Shown here: piece by piece, positions 42,725-51,845 of the stretch
Layout of the letters: each line of letters starts with the position of its first letter
Numbering within the stretch: the stretch's first letter is position 1
Origin: Dehalococcoidia bacterium
GTDB lineage: Bacteria > Chloroflexota > Dehalococcoidia > Lucifugimonadales > UBA3495
Direction of reading: 5' to 3'
DNA length: 64,000 nucleotides
Assembly (NCBI GenBank): GCA_965220625.1
Contig: CBDCQN010000003.1
Span: forward strand, 1,994,186 to 2,058,185
Notes under the pieces: model-generated
What the model saw: the letters and a program-made list of their open reading frames with translations, nothing else
The model's database searches: none
What the model was told of the DNA's origin: nothing
Position numbers and translations under genes: made by a program

Positions 42725-43183
42725 CTAATATCGAATCGACGTGTTGGTCTGAGTGGCGACTACCTGATCGAACTGGTTCCGGTAGGTGATGACGTAGATC
42801 GTGATGACCATCAATCCCATCCGGCCCGTTCGTTCGTTGATGTCGGTGATGCCGGAGACGGCGGTGATGCGGTCCCCGGCGCGGACGGGCTCGAAATACT
42901 CCCATTCGCTGCCGCCGTCCAGCAACCGGTCATAAGGCATGTGGAACGGGTACTCGGCTCGACCCACCGGCACCGACCGCAGGAAGGTCGGCGGGGCGAC
43001 GAGCCCGCCGTAGCGGGACTGCCGCGCGGCCATTTCGTCGTTGAATACGGGGTTATCGTCGCCTATGGCCTGGGCGAATTTAATAATCGCCCCTTTTTCC
43101 ACGTCCGCAGTCACGGGTCGGCTCTCTTGGCCGATAGCCCGGTCACGCATTTCTTCGGTCAAAAACGACGCTGGAGTGTTCAC
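42725..43183 (-). CDS. MaoC N-terminal-type (FAS1-like) dehydratase domain protein
   Basis: IIKFAQAIGDDNPVFNDE...GGLVAPPTF is the pattern of the non-catalytic hot-dog partner. Confidence 0.75.
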   Translation of the reverse strand: MNTPASFLTEEMRDRAIGQESRPVTADVEKGAIIKFAQAIGDDNPVFNDEMAARQSRYGGLVAPPTFLRSVPVGRAEYPFHMPYDRLLDGGSEWEYFEPVRAGDRITAVSGITDINERTGRMGLMVITIYVITYRNQFDQVVATQTNTSIRY

Positions 43184-43424
43184 TTGCAGCCTCTAACCCG
43201 GCCCTCAAAATCGCAGTCTACAAGTAGGGTATAGTAGTGTCAAGAACGGTCCGAGCGCGTAGTGTTCAGAGTTGATGAGGGTGGATTCCAGCAGGGCGGG
43301 ATGACGCATCAAGTCTGAACACGCGCCGAAGCGGCTGCGAGCCGGGTGCGGTTGGCTCGTTGCCAAGCCCGTTACGTCGTAATATAGTCTGGACACTCAA
43401 CCGGCCCGACCTCTCCGTTTTCGG

Positions 43425-44414
43425 ATGGGACCCGGGCCGCGGAGTTTGCAGGTGCAGTTCGGGTTCTATCTGCCCAACAGCGGCGAGGGCGCCTCCCCCG
43501 ATGCGCTGGCCAGCATAGCCCGCACCGGAGACCGCTTGGGCTATTACTGCATGGTGGCCCCGGACCACATCCTCCAGCCCCGGGAAGTACATTCCAGGTA
43601 CCCCTACAGCGTCACCGGGAACATCCTCGCCGGGGGCAACTCGGGCCAAGGAGAATGGCCGGAACAGGTCACTACCCTGGCCTTTCTGGCCGGGGTGACG
43701 GAACACATCCGCCTGGTCACCAGCGTCATGATTATCCCCTACCGGAACCCCCTGCTGACGGCCAAGATGCTGGCCACGCTGGACGTGCTCTCCAAAGGCC
43801 GTCTGGTCGTGGGCGCGGGCGTCGGTTGGATGGAAGAGGAGTTCCGATTGCTGAGCGCTCCCCCCTTCGCGGAGAGGGGAGAAGTGACCAACGAGTACCT
43901 CAGGGCCTTCATCGAGCTTTGGACCAGCGACGACCCGACGTTCTCCGGAAAATACTGCGAATTCTCCAACATCACCTTCCTGCCCAAGCCGGTGCAGAAG
44001 CCCCATCCTCCCATCTGGATCGGCGGGCAGAGCCGCCGGGCGTTGCGGCGCGCCGCCGAGCTTGGCGACGCCTGGCACCCGGTGGGAGCGATTCCGGCGG
44101 CGCCACTGGAGCCCGATGAACTGGCGGACAACGTGCGGGCCATGCGGGCCCACGCCCAACGGGTGGGACGCGACCCGGGCCGGATCCAGGTGTCGATGAA
44201 AGCTCCCCTGTATGACGCATCAATTGTCCAGAGAGGCGGCCAGGACGGCCCAAGGCGCAGGTTCTCCGGCTCCCCCGAGGACGTTCTGGAGGACGTCCAC
44301 GCCTACGAGGAGGCCGGCGCCACCCATCTGATATTCGATTTTCGGAGCCCGTTCCACAACGAGACAGAGGAGCGGATGTCGCGCTTCGCCGAAGAGGTGA
44401 TGGCGGCGGCGTAG
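43425..44414 (+). CDS. LLM-class F420-dependent-type oxidoreductase
   Basis: FGFYLPNSG..., VTSVMIIPYRNPLLTAKMLATLDVLSKGRLVVGAGVGW and PHPPIWIGG. The start may be slightly downstream. Confidence 0.8.
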   Translation: MGPGPRSLQVQFGFYLPNSGEGASPDALASIARTGDRLGYYCMVAPDHILQPREVHSRYPYSVTGNILAGGNSGQGEWPEQVTTLAFLAGVTEHIRLVTSVMIIPYRNPLLTAKMLATLDVLSKGRLVVGAGVGWMEEEFRLLSAPPFAERGEVTNEYLRAFIELWTSDDPTFSGKYCEFSNITFLPKPVQKPHPPIWIGGQSRRALRRAAELGDAWHPVGAIPAAPLEPDELADNVRAMRAHAQRVGRDPGRIQVSMKAPLYDASIVQRGGQDGPRRRFSGSPEDVLEDVHAYEEAGATHLIFDFRSPFHNETEERMSRFAEEVMAAA

Positions 44415-44552
44415 CCGAACACCCACATCAAACTCTCTCTCCCTGTGGAAGGTATCCCGACTCTGCCGGGGTACCCATGAGCCGGACTTTCCCCTTCGAG
44501 AATACGGGTCAGGCTCCCCAGGGAGCGAGGATAACTGAAGAGGAGAAGAACG

Positions 44553-45365
44553 TTGGATACGTTGGATGACCGCTATAACCGCGGACACGAGATGCGGAGC
44601 CGCATGGCTGCGGGAAACCCCAGTCACTACACCCTCCCCGGCATTGACCAACTCGCTCCGGACCTGAAGCGGATTATCGACGAAGCGCTGTGGGGTTCGG
44701 TCTGGACCCGGCCGGGGTTGGACCCGGCGCACCGTTGCATGTGCACCATGTCGGCCCTCACGGCGCTGAATCAGCTTCCTCTGTTGCGACGCAACATCGA
44801 ACGAAGCCTGAATTTGGGGGTGACCCCGGACCAGATAGTGGAGGTCTTCATCCAAATGACCTTCTTCGTCGGTGTTCCGGGCGTGGAGACGGCGATGCGT
44901 ATCACCAAGGAAATTTTCGAGGAGCAGGGCATCTCTTACACCCCGACACTGGTGTACGACACCGACCGGACCGTGGACGAACTCCACGAAGCCGGGATGA
45001 AAATATACGATGAGCAGATGGGCGAACCTCCACTCTATCCGGTGGACGATCCCGAATCGGTGGAAATGGAGGTCCAGCGTATTGTCGAGGAGTACCATTG
45101 GGGAGCGATACACGGCCGCCCCGGCTTGTCCCCCAAGAGCCGGGCGCTCTGCGGCCTTTCCGCCATGACCGTCCTGGGCCAATACGACCGCCAGATACGC
45201 CGTCTTATCGAGGGCGCGATTCACGTTGGCGCCACACCCCGGGAAATCATGGAGGTGTTCATTCAATTGATTTTCTACGGCAGCTATACCAACTCGCGTA
45301 CCGCGATGCGGGTGGCCCGTTCGGTATTCGTGGAACACGGCCTGACGCCCGCCCCGGCGGACTAG
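44553..45365 (+). CDS. carboxymuconolactone decarboxylase (CMD/AhpD-like) family protein, two domains
   Basis: WTRPGLDPAHRCMCTMSALTA... and a second copy HGRPGLSPKSRALCGLSAMT. TTG start after AGGAG. Confidence 0.8.
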   Translation: MDTLDDRYNRGHEMRSRMAAGNPSHYTLPGIDQLAPDLKRIIDEALWGSVWTRPGLDPAHRCMCTMSALTALNQLPLLRRNIERSLNLGVTPDQIVEVFIQMTFFVGVPGVETAMRITKEIFEEQGISYTPTLVYDTDRTVDELHEAGMKIYDEQMGEPPLYPVDDPESVEMEVQRIVEEYHWGAIHGRPGLSPKSRALCGLSAMTVLGQYDRQIRRLIEGAIHVGATPREIMEVFIQLIFYGSYTNSRTAMRVARSVFVEHGLTPAPAD

Positions 45366-45417
45366 AACCGTGAACAGCGAATTATGAAACGTAGATCCGG
45401 TCCGGACTCAAGACAGG

Positions 45418-45555
45418 GGTCTTTTAATTCGTCCTCTCCCTTGAGGGAGAGAGCTGGGGTGAAGTTGAAATGCTGGCAATAACGATGGTCGCTCGCGTCA
45501 GGGATCGCCCCCACCCTAACCCTCCCCCATAGGGGGAGGGGACAATTAAATGACC
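45418..45555. repeat. MITE-like element E2 (inverted copy of E1)
   Basis: The reverse complement aligns end to end with 31433-31572. Hairpins cctccccc/gggggagg and ctctccctc/gagggagag. Confidence 0.8.
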
Positions 45556-45622
45556 TTGGGATTCAAGGATGTACTGATATTGATTCACGTAAAGAGAGAC
45601 TGGCAAGTTAAGAGGGACTGGT

Positions 45623-46411
45623 ATGAAGCTTCGCTTGGACGACGGCACAGAACTGTTCTACACGGTGGACGACTTTACCGACCCGTGGACTGAGCCGGAA
45701 ACCGTGGTAATGCACCACGGCATGGCCAAGAACCACAAGATGTGGTTCGGCTGGGTCCCGGTCATCGCCCGCCATTACCGGGTGATACGCTTCGACATGC
45801 GAGGAATGGGACAGTCGGACGTGCCCGAACCGGGCTACCCTTGGTCATTAGACCACTTTACCGACGATTTGACCGAGGTGGCCGACAAGCTCGATCTGGA
45901 GAAGTTCCACCTCATCGGCGAGACCGTTGGCGGCTCCATCTCCATGAACTACTCCACCAGGCGCCAAGAGCGGTTGCGGTCCCTCGCCGTGTGCACCTCG
46001 CCCACCAGCTTCGATTCCCATCACCAGGAAAGCGCGGCCCTCATCGAACGCGAGGGAATCGACACCTGGGTGGACGAGTCCATCGGACGCCGGTTGGACC
46101 CGCAGATGGTCGACCCGGCCTACATTCGCTGGTACGCCGACCAGATGAAGGCGACGCCGGCACATGTGGTGGCCGGGTTCCAGGCCAACGCCTCCGGCGA
46201 CATCGGCCCCTTGTTGAAAGACGTGCAAACGCCGGTCCTCGTGCTGGCGGCCGCCAACCTGCGAGAGGAGGTGCTCGGCGATTTTCGAGGCGCGGCCGAC
46301 CTGTTCCCCAACGGCAAACGGGTGGTGTTTCCCGGAGTCTACGGGTTCGTGCAACACATATTGCCCGTTCCCTGCGCACGGGCCTGGCTGGACTGGGTCC
46401 GAGACTTGTAG
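45623..46411 (+). CDS. alpha/beta hydrolase (3-oxoadipate enol-lactonase-like)
   Basis: VVMHHGMAKNHKMW and nucleophile elbow GETVGG. Adjacent to the CMD gene, as in pcaC/pcaD pairs. Confidence 0.75.
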   Translation: MKLRLDDGTELFYTVDDFTDPWTEPETVVMHHGMAKNHKMWFGWVPVIARHYRVIRFDMRGMGQSDVPEPGYPWSLDHFTDDLTEVADKLDLEKFHLIGETVGGSISMNYSTRRQERLRSLAVCTSPTSFDSHHQESAALIEREGIDTWVDESIGRRLDPQMVDPAYIRWYADQMKATPAHVVAGFQANASGDIGPLLKDVQTPVLVLAAANLREEVLGDFRGAADLFPNGKRVVFPGVYGFVQHILPVPCARAWLDWVRDL

Positions 46412-46450
46412 GGTGCTCCGCCCACGCTCCCGGAGACAAGACTGCATCGA

Positions 46451-47059
46451 ATGCCGGACAGATTAACCAACCGGGGCCTGTGGCGGCGCAGGAGGCTGGA
46501 CCGGAACCTGGTCTTACGGCGCTTGTTCCACGGGCGGGACCCGGAGACCGGCGACCGATGGATTTGGCGAGACCCGGGATTTGTCGCCCAACCGACCAGG
46601 TTCGTTGTCCAGGCGGGTCTGGCCGCTCTGGTGATGCTGGTCGCCCTGATATTCGTCGATTCACTGTCCAACGCCGCTATCGCCGCCGGGTTGGCATCCA
46701 GTGTCGTAATCATCTTCATCAATCCCTCAAACCGCACGGCTCGGATCAGGGCGGTGGTCGGGGGACACGGCTTGGCGCTGGTCCTGGGTTCCGCCTTCTC
46801 GTTCTTTCTCTTCTTCACGCCGGTGGCGGCGTTCCTGGAAGGGACCGACGTGTTCAGGAACTTGGCGTACGCCTGTGTCGTCGGCCTGTCCGTGCTGCTG
46901 ATGGCAATCACCAACGCGGAGCACCCTCCGGCCGCCGCCACCGCCATCGGGATGGCCAGCCGGGAATGGGAGGCGACCATTTTCGGCAGCATCATCGGGG
47001 CGGTATTCATGCTGGCCTTGATCAAGTTGGCCCTCCGCTCTCACCTACGGGACTTGTAA
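46451..47059 (+). CDS. HPP family membrane protein
   Basis: 4-5 TM helices and NAEHPPAAATAIG containing the HPP motif. Confidence 0.65.
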   Translation: MPDRLTNRGLWRRRRLDRNLVLRRLFHGRDPETGDRWIWRDPGFVAQPTRFVVQAGLAALVMLVALIFVDSLSNAAIAAGLASSVVIIFINPSNRTARIRAVVGGHGLALVLGSAFSFFLFFTPVAAFLEGTDVFRNLAYACVVGLSVLLMAITNAEHPPAAATAIGMASREWEATIFGSIIGAVFMLALIKLALRSHLRDL

Positions 47060-47071
47060 AGGAGCCGGACT

Positions 47072-48475
47072 ATGCCCGAAGCCCTAAGCCGAACTTACGC
47101 CAGGTTCATCTCCTCCCTGGAATACGAGCATCTTCCTCCGGAAGTGACCGACAAGCTGAAGGCCTCGCTGTTACACGCTATGGTGGTGTCCATCATCGGC
47201 GCCCAGACCAGCCACGGCCAAGCCGCCATAGCCCTCGCCAAAGAGGAAGAAGGCAGGGATTCCGGGGCGACGGTCCTTGTGGATGGCAGTCGCGCCACCC
47301 GCGGCGGAGCGGCCTTCGCCAACAGCAAGCTCATGCACGCCACCAACCAGACGGACTCCTACCGTATGCTGATACACCCCGGCCCCTGCATCATCCCGGC
47401 GGGCCTGGCTTCGGGGGAGTTGGGCGGCAAAACCGGAGCGGACCTGCTCACGGCCATGGCGGCCGGGTACGAGGTGGAAGCCCGCATCGCCGGGGACTTT
47501 ATCCCGACGACCCAAGCCCGGGGTTTCCGGTGCAGTCCGGTGTACGGCACACTGGGAGCGGCCGTGACCACCGCCAAGCTCTTGGGGCTCAATCAGGACC
47601 AGACGGTTACCGCCTTGGCCCTCGGCTGCACCTTCGCCGGCGGCACCACCGAGGGTCCGAGGACCAGCGGCCGGGAGATGCTCTACCACGAGCCCAACGC
47701 CACCCGGAACGGCATAATGGCGGCCCTGTTGGCCCGTGAGGACCTGCAGGGCTCCGAGACCTGTTTGGAGGGAGACGCCGGTTTCTACAACGCGTTCACC
47801 GGCAACAACCGGGGCGAGCTTACCTATACCTTCGGCGGACCTCAGCAGACCGACCTGGGTCAGACAGTACAAGGATTGGGCGACCGCTGGGAGCTGCTCC
47901 ACGTCACTCCCAAAATCTACCCCACGGCGGGCTACAACTGCCCGGTGATCGAGCTCACCACCAGGATGCGGGCACGCCACGACGTACCTCCCGGCAACAT
48001 CGCGGGCATCACCGTGGAGATGAACTGGCTGGAAACCACCTATCCGTCGCCCGCTTTCCCCAACCCCGACCGCAACATGCCGGGAGTCGGCAGCACCCAC
48101 TACTTCACCGCGTATACCTGGGTCCACGGCAGCTATCCGCCCCTGCGCCAACGGCTCGACCCTGGGCAGGGCGCGACCGAGGCCGACCGCGCGGTGACGG
48201 AGCTCCAGCAGAGAGTGGAAGTAGTGGGACAGCGCGACCGGGGCGGCTTCGCCCCGCGGATCACCGTCCGCACCAATTCCGGTGAAGAATTCAGCGACGA
48301 AATGCTCGGCAATGAGCTGGAGTGGGACCTCGCCACCGAGACCGGGCGCATCAGCGCGTTGTTCCCGGACCTGCCGTGGCCCGCCCCTCAACTGGACAAT
48401 TTGGTGGCTGCGGTGAACGACATCGAACACCAGCCGGACATCGGCGGGCTCATCGCCGCCTGCGTACCGTCTTAA
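47072..48475 (+). CDS. MmgE/PrpD family protein
   Basis: 467 aa. PrpD-family N- and C-domain layout (LLHAMVVSIIG..., SPVYGTLGAAVTTAKLLGL). Confidence 0.85.
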   Translation: MPEALSRTYARFISSLEYEHLPPEVTDKLKASLLHAMVVSIIGAQTSHGQAAIALAKEEEGRDSGATVLVDGSRATRGGAAFANSKLMHATNQTDSYRMLIHPGPCIIPAGLASGELGGKTGADLLTAMAAGYEVEARIAGDFIPTTQARGFRCSPVYGTLGAAVTTAKLLGLNQDQTVTALALGCTFAGGTTEGPRTSGREMLYHEPNATRNGIMAALLAREDLQGSETCLEGDAGFYNAFTGNNRGELTYTFGGPQQTDLGQTVQGLGDRWELLHVTPKIYPTAGYNCPVIELTTRMRARHDVPPGNIAGITVEMNWLETTYPSPAFPNPDRNMPGVGSTHYFTAYTWVHGSYPPLRQRLDPGQGATEADRAVTELQQRVEVVGQRDRGGFAPRITVRTNSGEEFSDEMLGNELEWDLATETGRISALFPDLPWPAPQLDNLVAAVNDIEHQPDIGGLIAACVPS

Positions 48476-48557
48476 AATAGCGATGTCCTTTTACCTGACA
48501 CAAGAGAGTACAATTCTAAAAACCCTTCCGGAAAGGAACTTTCAAATGGGAGTCAAA

Positions 48558-48655
48558 GTAAGTGTTCAGTCCCGGTGAGAAGCCCCCGCCGCACCCCTGT
48601 GGATACCGGCTTTCGCCGGTATGACGGGGGACTGCGCTTATTGGCGGATTGTCAC
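48558..48655. repeat. REP-like element, copy C (69-nt core plus tail), abutting the IS insertion
   Basis: 48558-48626 is identical to 30910-30978. The tail cgcttattggcggattgtcac runs up to the IS target site. Confidence 0.85.
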
Positions 48656-48658
48656 TAA

Positions 48659-49573
48659 GTAACTATCTCAAATAGCGAGGCGGCGTTGACGGCGGTACCA
48701 GATGAGGGCACAAGCCAATTGAAGCAGGCCCAGGTAATTGGCGGGCTTCTTGTCGTAGCGCACCAGTATCGCCCGGCACTTGGACAGCCAGCCCAAGGTG
48801 CGTTCCACCACCCATCGCCGGGCGGGGAAGGTTTTCCCGCCCCATTGATCCAGCTTCTCCTCCCCAATGCGCCGGATATGCGGACAGTACTGGAAAGCGG
48901 CAACGGTCCCGTGGCCTGTGGGATTGTCATACCCTTTGTCCAGGCACAGGTTTTGAGCGCCTTCCGGACGCGCCACCACTATACTCTCCAAGGTCGGTCT
49001 CAAGAGTTTCGTATCATGGACGTTGGCTCCAGCCAACGCTACGCTCAGGGGTCCGCCTGCCGCGTCGACCAGGATGCTCTTCTTGCTCCCGGCTTTGCCC
49101 CGGTCGGTGGGGTTGCGTCCAATAGCACCCCCCCAAAACGCGCTTTGCCCATAGAGCAATCCGCCGACTGCCATTCCCAGTTCACGCCTCCCAACTCCCC
49201 GCATTCTTCTATCAGGACAGCCCAGATGCCCGCCAGCGCTCCACACCCCACCCAGCGCTGGAAGGTCCGATGGATGGTGCTATCGTCTCCCAACTCCTGG
49301 GGCAAGTGGTTCCACTGGCAACCGCTTCGCATCCGAAAGATAATGCCTTCCAGCATCTTCCGCTGGTCCACCCGTTTGCGCCCCTTGGATTTGGGCGGGT
49401 CCAACTCCAGTATCACCGGTTCGATTCGCTCCCAAAGGCCGTCCGGAACATCCCAAATCGTAGGTAACGGTTTCCCCTCCAGCACGATTCACCTCCACCC
49501 ACCTTTTGGAATAATCCTAGCGACTACCTTCACACATTAACTACAATTTGAAACCGCTATTTGAGATAGTTAC
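48659..49573 (-). mobile_element. IS5-family insertion sequence (IS1031/IS427-like), 915 bp, apparently intact
   Basis: 19-bp perfect terminal inverted repeats gtaactatctcaaatagcg (48659-48677; reverse complement at 49555-49573). Flanked by a direct TAA (48656-48658 and 49574-49576). Confidence 0.85.
48668..49485 (-). CDS. IS5-family DDE transposase, two overlapping frames joined by -1 frameshift
   Basis: orfA (49485-49045) carries MRSGCQWNHLP. orfB (49246-48668) carries NPTDRGKAGSKKSILVD...CLDKGYD. Frames overlap at the T4G7 run (plus strand C7A4, 49128-49138). Confidence 0.8.
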
Positions 49574-49600
49574 TAAGTCTGAACAGTTACGAGTCGAACG

Positions 49601-49765
49601 ATGGCTGCCATAGGAGAACCAGTCGCTAGGCTCGAAGGAGCCTATGAGCAAGTAGACAAGCGGCTGGACGATATGAACCGGCGGCTGAACACTATTTTGG
49701 TCCTGCTTTGCGGTTCTTGGGTCACGATAATTGCCGCGATCATTGGACTGTATTTCAAAGGGTAG
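49601..49765 (+). CDS. 54-aa tail-anchored protein, minimal member (P4) of the repeat family; not in the supplied ORF track
   Basis: My own translation is MAAIGEPVARLEGAYEQVDKRLDDMNRRLNTILVLLCGSWVTIIAAIIGLYFKG. It shares the RLE..Q...RLDDMN.RL plus TM pattern with P1-P3. Confidence 0.55.
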   Translation: MAAIGEPVARLEGAYEQVDKRLDDMNRRLNTILVLLCGSWVTIIAAIIGLYFKG

Positions 49766-49798
49766 CCCAGGATCCCAAGAAAAGAGCAGGGACGATAC

Positions 49799-50593
49799 AT
49801 GGACCTTTCGCTGGAAGGGAAGATCGCCATCGTAACCGGCGGCAGCAAGGGAATCGGCCGCACCACGGCCTTGGCGCTGGCCCAAGAGGGCGTCGACGTC
49901 GCGATCTGCGCCCGCGGCATGGAGGACCTGGAGGACGCGGCGGCGGATATACGCGCCAAGACTGGACGCAGGGTCGTGGCGGTCCGCGCCGATACCGGCG
50001 TCCCCGATGACATCAGCAACTTGGTGGCCGTCACCGTGGCCGGGCTTGGGGGCGTGGATATTCTGGTCAACAACGCCGTGAACTCCACCGCCGCGCCCTT
50101 CATGGAGTTGGCTGACGAGGACTGGCTCAATCACATCAACGTCAAGGTGATGGGCTACGTGCGGTGCTCCCGGGCAGTCATCCCCCACATGCAAGCTCGC
50201 GGCGGAGGCCGCATCATCAACATCGGCGGTATGGCCGCGCGGTCGGCCAGTTCTCTGACCAACAGCAACGGCGTGACCAATTCGGCCGTTTCAAACATCG
50301 CCAAGAACCTCTCCGACCAGGTCGCCAAAGACGGCATACTGGTCAACTGCATCCATCCCGGCACCACCCGGACTCCCCGTCAGACCATGATGTTGGAACG
50401 CCAGGCCAAGGACGGGAATATATCCATGGAAGAGGCCGAGCGGCGGGCTGTCGCCCAGATACCCATCGGCCGGATGGTGGAGCCCGAGGACATCGCCGAC
50501 CTGGTACTCTTTCTGGTTTCCGACCGGGCCGGGGCCATCACCGGCCAGACCATAGCCGTCGAGGGCGGCGCGGGCCGGGGGATCCACTACTGA
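49799..50593 (+). CDS. SDR family oxidoreductase (FabG-like)
   Basis: VTGGSKGIGR and NNAV. The serine-tyrosine-lysine region is atypical (SNGVTNSAVSNIAK), but the overall layout is classical SDR. Confidence 0.85.
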   Translation: MDLSLEGKIAIVTGGSKGIGRTTALALAQEGVDVAICARGMEDLEDAAADIRAKTGRRVVAVRADTGVPDDISNLVAVTVAGLGGVDILVNNAVNSTAAPFMELADEDWLNHINVKVMGYVRCSRAVIPHMQARGGGRIINIGGMAARSASSLTNSNGVTNSAVSNIAKNLSDQVAKDGILVNCIHPGTTRTPRQTMMLERQAKDGNISMEEAERRAVAQIPIGRMVEPEDIADLVLFLVSDRAGAITGQTIAVEGGAGRGIHY

Positions 50594-51501
50594 TTTTTAG
50601 AATCGCCAGTTTGGGCGGGCTGCTTTTAGCCTTGCTTTTCGCTTCCGGCTGCGCTTCGGCAGGCCGGGACGCGGCTATCGTCGTGCCGCCCACGGAGGAG
50701 TTTGGCGGGCCGGAGTTTTCGGTTATTATCGTCTCCACCGATTTGGCCGTTGGCAGCGGGAACCGCCTTTCGTTCGGCGTCCTCGACCGTGAGGGGATGC
50801 CGGTACGCGCCAGCCAGGCGGAGATACGCACCTATTTTTTCCCTGAAGGCCAAGACGAGCGACAGCCCAGAGGGGCGGCCGTTGCGGACTTCCAGCAATG
50901 GAACGCCGCCGCGGGCATCTTCATCACCAACCTCAATTTCGATACGGCGGGACTCTGGGAGCTTGAAGCGGATCTGACCGCCGAAGGCGCATCGATCACC
51001 GCCGCATCCAAATTCACGGTCAAAGAGACCAGCGACACGCCCTCCATCGGCGCCCCCGCGCCAGCCAGCGTCACCCTGACCGCCGCCGACGTCGACGACT
51101 TGTCCCAAATCAGCACCGCCAATCCTCCCGACCCCGCCTTCTACCAGCTTTCGCTCCACGAGGCCCTGGATCAGGGAAAACCATTCGTCGTGGTGTTTGC
51201 CACGCCTGCCTTTTGCGTCAGCGCCACCTGCGGGCCGCAATTATCGGAGTTGGGCAAGGTCAAGGAGCAGTTCGAGGGCCGGGCCAACTTCGTTCACGTG
51301 GAGGTCTTCAAAGACCCCCATCTGATCACCGGCGGCCGTCCCACCGCCGGGTTGGTCCCCGCCGTGGAGGAATGGGGGCTGCCAACCGAGCCTTGGGTCT
51401 TCGTTGTCGACGCCCGTGGATTGATCAGCGCCAAGTTCGAGCAGTTCATTCCGGCGGGAGTAATCGTTGCGGCGCTGTCGGAAGCTCTAGGCGCCCTGTA
51501 A
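50590..51501 (+). CDS. lipoprotein with C-terminal thioredoxin-like (TlpA/redoxin-type) domain
   Basis: Lipobox LLFASGC. C-terminal FVVVFATPAFCVSATCGP motif. Start uncertain (CTG 50590 overlapping the SDR stop). The long upstream part of ORF 50164 overlaps the SDR gene and is rejected. Confidence 0.5.
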   Translation: MIFRIASLGGLLLALLFASGCASAGRDAAIVVPPTEEFGGPEFSVIIVSTDLAVGSGNRLSFGVLDREGMPVRASQAEIRTYFFPEGQDERQPRGAAVADFQQWNAAAGIFITNLNFDTAGLWELEADLTAEGASITAASKFTVKETSDTPSIGAPAPASVTLTAADVDDLSQISTANPPDPAFYQLSLHEALDQGKPFVVVFATPAFCVSATCGPQLSELGKVKEQFEGRANFVHVEVFKDPHLITGGRPTAGLVPAVEEWGLPTEPWVFVVDARGLISAKFEQFIPAGVIVAALSEALGAL

Positions 51502-51505
51502 CGCC

Positions 51506-51832
51506 TCAGTCCCGCAATTGGATGGCCACCAGCGCGTCGCCCTTCCTCACCCAAGCCACCAGGATGGACTCCCCCTGAAGCTGGTGCGACCGCAGGTGGG
51601 ACCCGTTCTTGCCCAAGCTTCCCTCGGTGGTGAACGACCACAGCTTGCCGTCGCCGTCACGGATTTTCAGTGTTTCGATTTCCGCAATGTCGCGGTCCAC
51701 CACTTCGATTACTATGCCGCGAACGGCCCCGGAATCGCCTTCGCATCCAAGTCCAACACCCCAAGCGACCGCCACAGCCACAACGGCGAAACACAAAGGC
51801 CGGGCCAGCCGTTGACAGGAGTTTCGTTTCAC
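51506..51832 (-). CDS. small putative lipoprotein, unknown function
   Basis: GTG 51832 gives VKRNSCQRLARPLCFAVVAVAVAWGVGLGC (signal peptide plus lipobox). Lies 13 nt downstream of the ABC-2 permease stop. Confidence 0.35.
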   Translation of the reverse strand: MKRNSCQRLARPLCFAVVAVAVAWGVGLGCEGDSGAVRGIVIEVVDRDIAEIETLKIRDGDGKLWSFTTEGSLGKNGSHLRSHQLQGESILVAWVRKGDALVAIQLRD

Positions 51833-51845
51833 TGGCGGAATGTCA

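Noticed and set aside
45742-47739. 665-aa ORF spanning three annotated genes in another frame
   Set aside because: The translation is extremely Arg/Gly/Pro-rich and low-complexity. It overlaps the hydrolase, HPP and PrpD genes, which have clear family motifs. It is a GC-rich frame artefact.
50164-50589. N-terminal 142 codons of ORF 50164-51501
   Set aside because: This part overlaps the SDR gene (49799-50593) in another frame and is Arg/His/Gly-rich. A signal peptide with lipobox begins right after the SDR stop, so the start was moved to about 50590.
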